A stretch of 63,570 nt of DNA, filler included, from Octopus bimaculoides (Eukaryota): the NCBI RefSeq assembly GCF_001194135.2. It is 6 parts of 5 records of this genome, joined end to end, with 100 filler letters (N's around TTAATTAATTAA, not from the genome) between each part and the next. Parts side by side here need not be neighbours in the genome. Positions count along the whole stretch, not along the records: positions 23,413 to 38,720 come from NC_069002.1; 5 more parts are not named here. One strand, written 5' to 3'. The notes beneath the pieces are model-generated. The model saw only the letters and a list, made by a program, of their open reading frames with translations. It did not search any database and was not told the DNA's origin. This document shows, in pieces, positions 24,303 through 37,660 of the stretch (position 1 is the stretch's first letter; each line of letters opens with the position of its first letter). The position numbers and the translations under genes were made by a program.

Positions 24303-25817
24303 CATACATACTTTTATAACCATAATGTAAGAACGCACCTTTGATACAACTCTGATGAAGTGCCACTCGAATGTTTAAAGCCGACAACATTAGGTAGATT
24401 TACACTTCGAATTTTTGCATNNNNNNNNNNNNNNNNNNNNNNNNNNNNNNNNNNNNNNNNNNNNNNNNNNNNNNNNNNNNNNNNNNNNNNNNNNNNNNNN
24501 NNNNNNNNNNNNNNNNNNNNNNNNNNNNNNNNNNNNNNNNNNNNNNNNNNNNNNNNNNNNNNNNNNNNNNNNNNNNNNNNNNNNNNNNNNNNNNNNNNNN
24601 NNNNNNNNNNNNNNNNNNNNNNNNNNNNNNNNNNNNNNNNNNNNNNNNNNNNNNNNNNNNNNNNNNNNNNNNNNNNNNNNNNNNNNNNNNNNNNNNNNNN
24701 NNNNNNNNNNNNNNNNNNNNNNNNNNNNNNNNNNNNTACATATATATATATATATATATATAACTCTTCGAAACGCTTAGTTTTAGAATGGTGGCAGCTG
24801 ATGAAGGAAATGTTCTCTATGTGGCCTGTGTGTTTTCTGTACTCTGTTTATCATTTTGTCTACGTTTTGTTTGCAACGTCCTGTACCCAGATATGCATCT
24901 ATATATACAGGTAGATTTAGGTATGTACATACATGCACGTATATATGCATATACTCATTTATTATTTGTATTATATATATATATATAAATATACACACAC
25001 ACACACATTCATATATTTGTGTATGTATGTATTTCCGTGTCTATCTAAATATATATGTGTAGATATGTGTTAACAGAAAGCAAGGTTGTATCTGCCTGTT
25101 CTACCAGTCAGTGAGTCCGTAGTTTATCAAATTTAACAGAGACTTTGAGCCGTGAACACTGGTCGTGTTTCACTTGGACATTACATATTTAGGACATCAT
25201 GATACAATAAGCCCATCCTTTTTACAGAAGACATACTTTTGGGCTTTGCCTGCTATTTTTCCAGTAGTTCGTGAGGTCATAGTGGCGCACCCTGATGACT
25301 TGGCATGTAAAGTCGTGCAGAGGATGAATGTGAGACGCTGGCTTAAATGGCAACATTTTAATCATGTCGAATCAAGAGGAAATGACACACACACGCGCGC
25401 ACAATCATGCTTTTCAATAGAAATTTCAAAAAGTTACCGAAGGCCCGCTATGTGAGATTCATCAATATTTGATGAGTTCCATGCTGCACGAAACTCTCGT
25501 TGGTTGAATTATTTGAGTAACTTTTCGCTGATTAAATTTAAGATATTTATAAACTCAAGCATTTTGTTCTATTTCTTCTGTTTTACTAAATCTTTTTAGA
25601 TATCTGTCTGTCTGTCTTTCTAAATAGATAGATACATATGTACGTATGTATGCATGTATGTATGTATATGCATCTATGTATCTATGTATGTATAAATGTA
25701 TGTATGTATGCATGTATCTATGCATGTATCTATGCATTTATGTGTGTTTGTTTTGTATGTATGTATCGATTTATTTATCTATCAGTTTCTCTATATGCAT
25801 GTATGTGTGTATGTATG

Positions 25818-25851
<34 letters not shown>

Positions 25852-25952
25852 TGTATGAATGAATGTATCTATATGTATTCGCAAGAATATATGTGTGTGT
25901 TAGTGAGCATGTGCGTTACTGTTTGTGTATGTGTTTGTGCGTGTGTGTGTGT

Positions 25953-25987
<35 letters not shown>

Positions 25988-26294
25988 ATAAAGACGCAAT
26001 ATATATACATATATAAATGGGTAGTATATATTATGTATATAGGTATAAATTATATTAATATATATAAACACAATATATGCACATATGTATAATAACTACT
26101 TATATATTCACAAAATATGCATGTATATAGTACATATAGCATATATGCACATATTTATCTAGATAATATATATACACTATATATATGTATATATGTATGT
26201 ATCTATGTATGTATGTATACATGTGTGTATATATGCATGCGTGTGTACATCGTATATTATAGAAACCGTATACATAATATATAATCGATATGTA

Positions 26295-26402
<108 letters not shown>

Positions 26403-26676
26403 GGATATTAATATATATATATATATATAAACACACACACACGTATACACATTTAAATATATGTATGTACCTATCTATCTATCTATCTATATACCAGAGA
26501 AAGCACATAAATGTGAAACAAGATGTGAAAAATAGTACTCGAGGTCTAGTAGTATGCTTTATTATTAAAGGTGCAAAAACAACACAAAGATTCTGAATCA
26601 CAACTGTTCGACGAACGGGAACGTGAAACTCAGAGTAGCAATCTTTTTGTGATGCATTTGCAGCTTTATCTATCTA

Positions 26677-26814
<138 letters not shown>

Positions 26815-27246
26815 TATGTATATGTACATGTATGTACACGAAACAACTATGTCATAGCATATTGGTATTGTTTCATTAGACTGACACCCAAGTCTGGATA
26901 CATTCATTCATTGTATGTCATGGTGAGAAGATAATATTCGACATGGACGCCGACAGAAGTGTTTTATGGGAAACATTGTAGAAGATTTGGTGGCATGCTG
27001 GTATGTCATAAGAGGGAAGAAATATAAAATGTGCTTCCGACAGTGGCTTCCATCGACAATACACACACATAGAAAGAGAGCGAGAGAGAAAGAGAAAACA
27101 TAGACACATACATGTTATGTATGAATGTACGTATGTATGTATATGTATAGATGTGTACTTATGTATATGTAGGCATACATATATATGTATATATTTATTA
27201 TATATGTAGATATATATGCATATATGTATATATGTATACATATAAA

Positions 27247-27282
<36 letters not shown>

Positions 27283-28274
27283 NNNNNNNNNNNNNNNNNN
27301 NNNNNNNNNNNNNNNNNNNNNNNNNNNNNNNNNNNNNNNNNNNNNNNNNNNNNNNNNNNNNNNNNNNNNNNNNNNNNNNNNNNNNNNNNNNNNNNNNNNN
27401 NNNNNNNNNNNNNNNNNNNNNNNNNNNNNNNNNNNNNNNNNNNNNNNNNNNNNNNNNNNNNNNNNNNNNNNNNNNNNNNNNNNNNNNNNNNNNNNNNNNN
27501 NNNNNNNNNNNNNNNNNNNNNNNNNNNNNNNNNNNNNNNNNNNNNNNNNNNNNNNNNNNNNNNNNNNNNNNNNNNNNNNNNNNNNNNNNNNNNNNNNNNN
27601 NNNNNNNNNNNNNNNNNNNNNNNNNNNNNNNNNNNNNNNNNNNNNNNNNNNNNNNNNNNNNNNNNNNNNNNNNNNNNNNNNNNNNNNNNNNNNNNNNNNN
27701 NNNNNNNNNNNNNNNNNNNNNNNNNNNNNNNNNNNNNNNNNNNNNNNNNNNNNNNNNNNNNNNNNNNNNNNNNNNNNNNNNNNNNNNNNNNNNNNNNNNN
27801 NNNNNNNNNNNNNNNNNNNNNNNNNNNNNNNNNNNNNNNNNNNNNNNNNNNNNNNNNNNNNNNNNNNNNNNNNNNNNNNNNNNNNNNNNNNNNNNNNNNN
27901 NNNNNNNNNNNNNNNNNNNNNNNNNNNNNNNNNNNNNNNNNNNNNNNNNNNNNNNNNNNNNNNNNNNNNNNNNNNNNNNNNNNNNNNNNNNNNNNNNNNN
28001 NNNNNNNNNNNNNNNNNNNNNNNNNNNNNNNNNNNNNNNNNNNNNNNNNNNNNNNNNNNNNNNNNNNNNNNNNNNNNNNNNNNNNNNNNNNNNNNNNNNN
28101 NNNNNNNNNNNNNNNNNNNNNNNNNNNNNNNNNNNNNNNNNNNNNNNNNNNNNNNNNNNNNNNNNNNNNNNNNNNNNNNNNNNNNNNNNNNNNNNNNNNN
28201 NNNNNNNNNNNNNNNNNNNNNNNNNNNNNNNNNNNNNNNNNNNNNNNNNNNNNNNNNNNNNNNNNNNNNNNNNN

Positions 28275-28313
<39 letters not shown>

Positions 28314-28416
28314 CACAAATAGATATACATATATAAATGTATGCATATTTTGGTGTACGCAAATATATCGCAGTATATACATGTTTATACATATATATGT
28401 GTACGCATATATATAT

Positions 28417-28501
<85 letters not shown>

Positions 28502-28690
28502 TAAATTTCTAAATTAGGTTGGTAGGGATATACAATCCTAGTGGGTACCGTGTTCACTTTTACCGGTTAATAATACTGGCTAACCTCAGTGAGTGTAGAC
28601 AATCTCCAGTTAATTTATTTAACTATCCTTAGTAGGTCTTCACATCGGTAAATCCATGTCTCTATAGAGACTGCATGACTTCATAATTAA

Positions 28691-28952
28691 GGAGAACAGA
28701 GATTTATGTATCCAGCTTTATTCTGCAGTCAACCACGTTTTCCCAATTCTGCACTTACATGTTTATGCTGCAACTCAGTGCAAACTGCAAATTTTTGCAC
28801 TTTGGGGTTAATGTACACCAAGATGCGAAATGTACACCAAGATGCGAAGTTTGCAGTGTGCACTGAGTTGCAGCAGAAAAATATCTAGGTGCAGAAGTGG
28901 AAAGATGTGACTGATTGCAGAATAAAACTGGATGTATAAATCACTGTTCTGC
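28691..28952. mobile_element. Palindromic MITE with TTAA target site (Kolobok/T2-like)
   Basis: About 110-bp imperfect inverted arms; TTAA at 28687-90 and 28953-56; GG start; central 19-bp tandem duplication 28810-28847. Confidence 0.7.
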
Positions 28953-28974
28953 TTAATGATTATTAATTCATTAC

Positions 28975-29008
<34 letters not shown>

Positions 29009-29139
29009 NNNNNNNNNNAGATAGATAGATAGATAGAGATATGTATGCATGTATGTATGTATGTATGTATGCATGTATGTATGTATGCATGTATGTATGT
29101 ATGTATGTATGCATGTAGGTATGTATATTGTACACGCAA

Positions 29140-29320
29140 AATTACAGCATGGGAACGATATTTATTAGCCACTACTGCTACACTAAATTTGAGCTGTGTA
29201 ATTGATCAACGCAATGTAGTTGGTGTGACGAAAATTTTGACACCAAATAATCTTTTAAGAGAAGTTAACAGTTTTGTGAGTTTTTTTGAATGGCCAAAAT
29301 ATCTCTTCCATGCTGTAATT
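29140..29320. mobile_element. Small MITE-like element
   Basis: About 30-bp TIRs: aattacagcatgggaacgatattt...gcca and tggccaaaatatctcttccatgctgtaatt. Confidence 0.55.
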
Positions 29321-29403
29321 GTTTTAGTTTCAACTCATGGTCTCCAAGCTAGTCCTTTTCCAGACATGTATATCTCCGAAATTTTTCATCTATATTTCTG
29401 TGA

Positions 29404-29461
<58 letters not shown>

Positions 29462-31085
29462 TTACATATATATATATATATATATATATACAAAAAATAT
29501 ATATGCATGTATACACACATATATGTATATACTTTCATCTACATGTGTATATAGATGCATATCAAGGTACAGGACGTTAGAACAATGAACTACAGACAAC
29601 GGAACGAACACAAGGAAAAAAGAAAGCCACTTGGAATTATTCATCAGCTGCCTCTATTCTAACNNNNNNNNNNNNNNNNNNNNNNNNNNNNNNNNNNNNN
29701 NNNNNNNNNNNNNNNNNNNNNNNNNNNNNNNNNNNNNNNNNNNNNNNNNNNNNNNNNNNNNNNNNNNNNNNNNNNNNNNNNNNNNNNNNNNNNNNNNNNN
29801 NNNNNNNNNNNNNNNNNNNNNNNNNNNNNNNNNNNNNNNNNNNNNNNNNNNNNNNNNNNNNNNNNNNNNNNNNNNNNNNNNNNNNNNNNNNNNNNNNNNN
29901 NNNNNNNNNNNNNNNNNNNNNNNNNNNNNNNNNNNNNNNNNNNNNNNNNNNNNNNNNNNNNNNNNNNNNNNNNNNNNNNNNNNNNNNNNNNNNNNNNNNN
30001 NNNNNNNNNNNNNNNNNNNNNNNNNNNNNNNNNNNNNNNNNNNNNNNNNNNNNNNNNNNNNNNNNNNNNNNNNNNNNNNNNNNNNNNNNNNNNNNNNNNN
30101 NNNNNNNNNNNNNNNNNNNNNNNNNNNNNNNNNNNNNNNNNNNNNNNNNNNNNNNNNNNNNNNNNNNNNNNNNNNNNNNNNNNNNNNNNNNNNNNNNNNN
30201 NNNNNNNNNNNNNNNNNNNNNNNNNNNNNNNNNNNNNNNNNNNNNNNNNNNNNNNNNNNNNNNNNNNNNNNNNNNNNNNNNNNNNNNNNNNNNNNNNNNN
30301 NNNNNNNNNNNNNNNNNNNNNNNNNNNNNNNNNNNNNNNNNNNNNNNNNNNNNNNNNNNNNNNNNNNNNNNNNNNNNNNNNNNNNNNNNNNNNNNNNNNN
30401 NNNNNNNNNNNNNNNNNNNNNNNNNNNNNNNNNNNNNNNNNNNNNNNNNNCCTAGGGCATTAGAGTTGTCTTCGTTTCTGATATGAGAATGGATCTTGTT
30501 TTTGTTTTGTTCCGTTATTAGTGTCTTGTAGTTCCTTGATCTGGGTGGTCCTTATGTAATGAAGCACTTATTACATACATAATGTGAAAAATTTAATATA
30601 TATATATATGAGAAAAATTTGTAGTTTAGAATCAGTAGTTCTTTGACTGCTATTTCTAAATTTTCAGTATGTTGGAGAAGCAACTCAATGCTAATCCCTG
30701 TATATTTATGATGATAAATGGTTTTACCGATAAAGGTTTTTTCATACTGAACTACTTGGCAAAATTGTTAATTATTAATTCTATTATTAATTGACGATTT
30801 CCTGCCCTTATTCTTGTATATTTACATATATATATATAATATTAAATTATATATACATACACCCACACCCACATACAAAGACAGACAGATATACAAACAC
30901 ATATCAGTGATAGAACACGGGTAAATCAATGATCATTATTACATATATGTGTTTGTATTCTTTTATGTATTCACACATACACATAATTTCCCCACCACCA
31001 CCACCATATATCTGTGCAACTATTTATGCTTGTATGTATTTATATATGCATGCATGAACAAATACATACATATGCACGCATATAC

Positions 31086-31145
<60 letters not shown>

Positions 31146-31148
<3 letters not shown>

Positions 31149-32650
31149 CATCAAGAAACAATTAGAACCAGTCGCAACATTCTCACGGGACACAGGAATA
31201 GAATTTGGGCAAGATAAATGCTTATGCATGAGAGTCAACCGAGGAATGCTTGCCAACCAGACAAAAAATATGTCTATCTCTCCACCTCTAATGATGAAAA
31301 TTACAAGTATCTTGGAATCGATGAAAATGTTGCATACATTGGTGCTGTGACTAAAGCCAGAATAGCAAGAGAGTACTTCTGCAAACTCCAAAAAGTATGG
31401 AACTCGGAGCTGTCTGCATTTAACAAGACAGTGTCTCACACTACTTTTCAGCGCCAGTGCTAGTACCAATATTTGGGATGTTGGATTGGACACTTGACGA
31501 GATCCGCAGCTTACACATCAAAACTAGAATGGTACTAACTACCACTGGTACTTCCATATCAAATGCGACACCGATATGATCTATTCGAGACGGTGTTATC
31601 ATGGTAGAGGCATAAGTTCAGTCCAAACAGCCTTTGAATGACGCGTTGTATCACTCAAATAACACCTGCTGAACATTAAAGAAAGAAATGACCACAATAA
31701 ATGCACAATCAAAAGTGAGAGCAAGAACAGTTTTAGAGTTAGGGAAGACCTACTGAGCAGGCACTCTGAGAATACAACTATCTCATACGAGACAAAGGAG
31801 CTGGACTGGACTACTAAAACAGAAGCCTGAAGGAGAAGCGTGCATCTTACTAACAAAAAAATAATACATGCGTACATATCCCGTAAGCTAGAAGATAACA
31901 ACAGCATTGACAGGAAGAATAGTCATGTGATAAATATATTACATCCCTCCTAGGATATACCTTCACTATCCAGGAACAGGAAAGAGATACTAAATACCTG
32001 ATAACAAGAGGGACAAAGATACCACCAAACCTCCAGGTTGTGATAAAAAAATGTCGGTTCTGCTATATCAGTATGGAAGATATCACCCACATCATCAGCA
32101 GCTGCCCCAAAATGTCTACGAGATACAAAGTACCCCTGAGGCACGATGTAATGCAAAGATTATTTACAATGCTGCACATAGAGATGATTGCCCTGACGTA
32201 TACCCCAAAGGAATGTTAGAACCAGAAGGTATTCACACTTCTAAAAACAAGGTATACTAGTGGAACACTCCAATAAAAACAACAATTCGGTGCAAACATA
32301 AGCAGACCTGATATTGTTCTGTGAGAGAGAGAACAAAATTCATGCACTGTTGTCGAGGTCAGCTGCCTAACAGATGTGAGTGTACAATCAAATGTCCAGA
32401 AAAAAAGCAAAACGAATACAGTTATGGTTAATTAATGCGGAATTTACAGCTCTTGCATCGTGACTATAAATTTTCATTTGTACCTATCATCATAGCAGTA
32501 TTAGTTTATGTACACACACAGAATTACTCAAAATCTTAGAAATACTAGGTTTTCGAAGAAAAAGCAAAAGAAGCTGGCGCGGATTCTCCTAATCCAATCT
32601 ATTAGCGGAACCGTGAAAATTTGTACGACATTCAGAAGAATCTCCACCTG
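31146..32650 (+). mobile_element. RLE-type non-LTR retrotransposon 3' half (R4/Dong-like), decayed
   Basis: RT end FSRDTGIEFGQDKC and YKYLGIDE; Zn knuckle CRFC...HIISSC; RHD; endonuclease HNRPDIV...EVSC; FSFVPIII. Confidence 0.85.
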
Positions 32651-33339
32651 AGATTCCTTAGATGAATAGATGTACACACTGAAGTGAGTACATCGATAGT
32701 TCAACCAACACACCAACACAACCACATATTTACACATATCATGAACTCTCTTAACTGAAAAGATCTTGTCGCTTTGTTATAGCGACCCGCTTCCAGGAAC
32801 TTAAAAGAAAAAATATACAGGCGTAGGAGTGGCTGTGTGGTAAGTAGCTTGCTTACAAACCACATGGTTCCGGGTTCAGTCCCACTGCGTGGCATCTTGG
32901 GCAAGTGTCTTCTACTATAGCCTCGGGCCGACCAAAGCCTTGTGAGTGGATTTGGTAGACGGAAACTGAAAGAAGCCCGTCGTATATGTGTGTGTGTGTG
33001 TGTTTGTCCCCTCAACATCGCTTTGCAACCGATGCTGGTGTGTTTACGTTCCCGTAACTTAGCGGTTCGGCTAAATTGACCGATAAAATAAGTACTAGGC
33101 TTACAAAGAATAAGTCCTAGGGGCCATTTGTTCGACTAAAGGCCACAGTCAAATGACTGAAACACGTAAAAGAGTAAAAGAGCACATACATACATACATA
33201 CATACATACATACATACATACATACAATAGAGGCGAATCTCTGTATGGGAAAGTTCAAGGAAACGATAAGATCAGAAAATGCATCATTAGCAAAGGTAGG
33301 CATAAGTTAGATAAGGAAATGGTGGTAGGATTTACTTAC

Positions 33340-33802
33340 TTTTTTCCACAACGTCATCGTCTCTGCAAGATGATGGTGTCGTTCCAGGTGTCGGTGGGGT
33401 GTTGTGTAAATCGCTGGCAGCCGAAGATGGTGCACAAGACAAGCTGGTGTATGTTGGCTGCAGAGGTGTGGTTGGTGCCTGGTTGGCTGTGTTGCCATAG
33501 ATACATGAAGGATTGTTTGAAACGGCTATCATATGAGGGTCTCCCCCACTTCCACCACCACCTCCACCACCACCGCCGCCACCACTACCACCTCCGCCAC
33601 CGCCACACTCCACTAAGCGACTACCCGGATGGGCTAGTGATGATTCCACGTTGTAACCGTTTGCCATCGCGAAGTTCATTCCGAAACCGCCGGTGTTGGC
33701 GGCAGCCGGGAAATTTTCAAACACCATATTCGACTGCTGTTCGGACCAGTTTAATATGTCTTTCACCGAAAACGGCGTCGAATAAGCCTGGTTTTGATAC
33801 AT
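33340..33802 (-). CDS. NK4: NK4/tinman (Nkx2-5-like) homeobox transcription factor, first coding exon
   Basis: First in-frame ATG at 33802: MYQNQAYSTPFSVKDILNWSEQQ. TPFSVKDILN is the TN (eh1-type) motif of Nkx2-5/2-3. GC-rich, open for 154 codons, phase-1 donor AAAA|GTAAGT at 33339. The homeodomain is not seen, so the subfamily call rests on the TN motif. Confidence 0.85.
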
Positions 33803-34596
33803 CACCTCGTCCGTATCCAGGTAACCGTCCGTTTGTCGAAAAACGGATTGCTGACTGATATCGAGTAAAGCCACGGTGACGGATTTAGTTGGAACACTTT
33901 ATGCAGTTTATATGTGAATGGTTTAAGATCAAGCTAAAAATGTCGTTTTCAACTTCAACGTCTCCTTACCTTCTTCATCAATATCTTTGTGATTATAAAT
34001 TCCACAACATTCCAAAAATAATAAGTTTATTTAGATTTGAATTCACTAATTACTTAATTATATATTTAAATATTTAAATCTAATATATTTTCTTTCTCTT
34101 TTTTTTTTTGTCGCCTTAAATTTGAAGGAAATGGGATTTTAAAAACTTCGACTCTTAAGTCCACTGTGCAGAGACCAGCATTCTTGCTTGGGTTTTCTTC
34201 AAAATGGTTTTTATCTGAAACAGAATTTTGATAAAACTTGAGTTAAAATATTGCAAAAATTGATCTTTTTTGTAAATAAAATTATTGAAATTAACAAAGC
34301 AAATCATATCTCGCATTTCTATATTATAAATGGTAAGTAGAGCCAGATTTAGATTTGGTTAGGACTCTATGCAAAACTTAGTGGTTCCATGAGAAATAAT
34401 TACAGCCAGAAAGTTCAACAAAATTAAAATTTTAAAAAACCAATTAAAACATATGCCTTGCAATTTTACAGAGACCCTACGGATTGTGAGGCCATCAGCT
34501 GTAGTTTGCTTAGCTTATTGCCTACATCCACCAATGTATAGGGGTAGGCATTGTTAAGTGTGTGTGCGTGTGTGTGCGCGTGTGTGTGTGTGTGTG

Positions 34597-34652
<56 letters not shown>

Positions 34653-35671
34653 NNNNNNNNNNNNNNNNNNNNNNNNNNNNNNNNNNNNNNNNNNNNNNNN
34701 NNNNNNNNNNNNNNNNNNNNNNNNNNNNNNNNNNNNNNNNNNNNNNNNNNNNNNNNNNNNNNNNNNNNNNNNNNNNNNNNNNNNNNNNNNNNNNNNNNNN
34801 NNNNNNNNNNNNNNNNNNNNNNNNNNNNNNNNNNNNNNNNNNNNNNNNNNNNNNNNNNNNNNNNNNNNACAACTTTCTCTCACTCTTACTTTCTGTTTCT
34901 GTTGTGCCTGTAATTCAAAGGGTTAGCCTTGTCACACTGTGTCACACTGAATATCCCCGAGAATTACGTTAAGGGTACACGTGTCTGTGGAGTGCTCAGC
35001 CACTTGCACATTAATTTCACGAGCAGGCTGTTCCGTTGATCGGATCAACTGGAACCCTCGACGTCGTAAGCGACGGAGTGCCAACAACAATACAATATTT
35101 AAGCGGGACTCGATTTGGTTATCTATACGAGTGCTTCTGATAACGCAGCCCTCATCATTATCATCGTCATCATAATCATTATCATCATCCAGTGTGTTGT
35201 AACTATCAATGGCTGTTCTTGTATTTGCAAGATTTTCCGCTAATAGTGCTTAATCAGGGCTGAATTGCCGCTAAAGTACCTCCACCACCACCACCACCTG
35301 TGGCTATTTTGCGGAAGGTCATCTATAGCTTTATAATTTATACGGCGTAGGTTCTGCAATTAAAAAGATTCCAGCTATGAAGATCCGACCAACTTTTCAA
35401 ACATCCTGTACCCGAATTGTGTTATTCAATGTCATTAATTATGTAACAAGGGTAGGTTGGGTATGGTTCCAAAAGAGGATTTGGTTACTATTTCTTTCTG
35501 AAAATATAAGTTCAGCCATTGGTTCTAATTCTTCTCAAAGTTGTTACAATTGGTCGCTCTTAGGTGTGAGACAGGACTGTTTAACAAAAGCAGGAGGATT
35601 AGCTATTGCTGAAATAATTGAATGATAGAGGAATACTTAGCTGTTTATTGGAATGAAAGAAAATTATACAA

Positions 35672-35721
<50 letters not shown>

Positions 35722-36120
35722 NNNNNNNNNNNNNNNNNNNNNNNNNNNNNNNNNNNNNNNNNNNNNNNNNNNNNNNNNNNNNNNNNNNNNNNNNNNNNNN
35801 NNNNNNNNNNNNNNNNNNNNNNNNNNNNNNNNNNNNNNNNNNNNNNNNNNNNNNNNNNNNNNNNNNNNNNNNNNNNNNNNNNNNNNNNNNNNNNNNNNNN
35901 NNNNNNNNNNNNNNNNNNNNNNNNNNNNNNNNNNNNNNNNNNNNNNNNNNNNNNNNNNNNNNNNNNNNNNNNNNNNNNNNNNNNNNNNNNNNNNNNNNNN
36001 NNNNNNNNNNNNNNNNNNNNNNNNNNNNNNNNNNNNNNNNNNNNNNNNNNNNNNNNNNNNTATATGCATGTATGTATGTATGTATGTATGTATGTATGTA
36101 TGTATGTATACATATATATG

Positions 36121-36168
<48 letters not shown>

Positions 36169-36571
36169 CAGTATATATATACATATATTCACACACACAC
36201 ACGTATGTGCACATGCATACATGCATACGGGGCAAAGATATGTACCATCATAGAAGTTAGCTGCCCTGCAGATATAAATATCTCTTTGAAAATCAAAGAA
36301 AAAGAGGATATCAAAGGACAATTGCTTCGAAACCTCTAGCTTCTTTTCGAAGTTGTTACAATTGGTCGCTCTTAGGTGTGAGACATACCAATAATAATTG
36401 GAGCACTAGATTTTGTTAATAAATGCTTAAAAGAAAACCTGGATAAACTGGGATTTTCAGAAAGAGAAATTGACCGGCTGATTCGCACATTACAAGTTCA
36501 ATCTGTGAGTCGAACAGTAAAAATATGCAAGACTTTTCTCAAGTTCCAAATGTGAATTTGTCTTTTAATTA

Positions 36572-36653
36572 CATCCCAAAGCTGTAGTGAACATCCATCC
36601 CAAAGCTGTAGTGAACATCCATCCCAAAGCTGTAGTGAACATCCATCCCAAAG
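36572..36653. repeat. 24-bp tandem repeat x3.4
   Basis: catcccaaagctgtagtgaacatc repeated exactly. Confidence 0.95.
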
Positions 36654-36849
36654 ATGGAGCTTTGTATTTTTGTTGGATACCGGCTCTCTCTTCAGTGGAA
36701 TAATTAATAAAAGAGACATACATACATACATACATACATACATACATACATACATACATACATACATACATACTTGCACATCCACAAGGGGTTGTTTACT
36801 GAGATGACACTATTCACAAGAGCAATGTACACAAATGAAATGAAGAAGA

Positions 36850-37660
36850 AATCAAATCCTCAATGTAGCCATTGACATGAATTACCAGTGAGTGGTTGAA
36901 CTGATTAGTGCGGACAGACGAGGCACAATCTGTTTGTTGGACAACTGGACACAATGCATTACAGAATATAATGAGACATTTTGGTTATCAGAAACAATGT
37001 GCAAATTGAAGACTTCGACAGCAGGGTCAGGGGTAGATGCTTGCTCTAAAGTGTTAGAAGCCAATGAAGACACGTTTTCGCTGACCTGGTGAGAGTAGTT
37101 GAAAGCAAAGTTTATGTTTATGATTTGTAAGCGAAGGCTCAGTTCATGGAATAACGTTACAGCTCTTTTCCAACGTCTAGGAATTTCAATAGCCTGCGAA
37201 AGACAGAAATTATGGTAACTGCTTTTGGGGATAATAATGGCGTCATATTCCATGATTTTCTAAACGTGGTTCTAGCATGAGCAACGAGCGATAAACTGAG
37301 ACTCTCAAAAGGCTTGGAGAACTATTTAAGAGGAAAACATCGAACAAGAATCTAAAAAATATCAACATTCCCCATTCACATTCCCCAATACATACTCGAC
37401 AAAAATCAGACAATCAGCACCTTGAGCTGGTCAAAAGTCTCCATACACCTTACTATTTGGATCTAGTGCCTCCCGATTTCTATAAGTTCGGCTCAATAAA
37501 GGTCAGACTTCCTGAACAAAGATATGATGACACAAACCAGCAAAAAGCAACAGGGAATACGTAGGGTATCACACCTGAACTGTTTTCAAATAATATTTAA
37601 GTGATGGATTCAACGGTACCTCAAATGCATCGCTCGTAATGGAAACTATTTTAAGTAATA
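36850..37660 (+). mobile_element. Degenerate mariner transposase remnant
   Basis: VELISADRR, KIMVTAFGDNNGVIFHDFL, DLVPPDFYKFGSIK and terminal WIQRYLKCIARNGNYFK*; many stops and frameshifts. Confidence 0.8.

Noticed and set aside
24352-24380. CUGAUGA-A-GUGCCACUC-GAAUGUUU
   Set aside because: Resembles the family motif but stem II, A15.1 and stem I are broken; a relic at best.
24765-24812. GAAAC...CUGAUGA read as a type II hammerhead (also 4200-4245, 29625-29660, 47580-47625)
   Set aside because: No stem I can form between the halves and no GAAA follows the CUGANGA.
25165-25455. Possible exon or the missing homeobox in a unique-looking stretch
   Set aside because: No homeodomain or other recognisable motif in the frames I read, and no convincing splice pair.
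33319-33858. 179-aa plus-strand ORF
   Set aside because: Antisense shadow of the GC-rich NK4 exon.
33803-33874. N-terminal extension MALLDISQQ of the NK4 ORF
   Set aside because: Starts at GTG; the first ATG at 33802 puts the TN motif at the usual N-terminal position.
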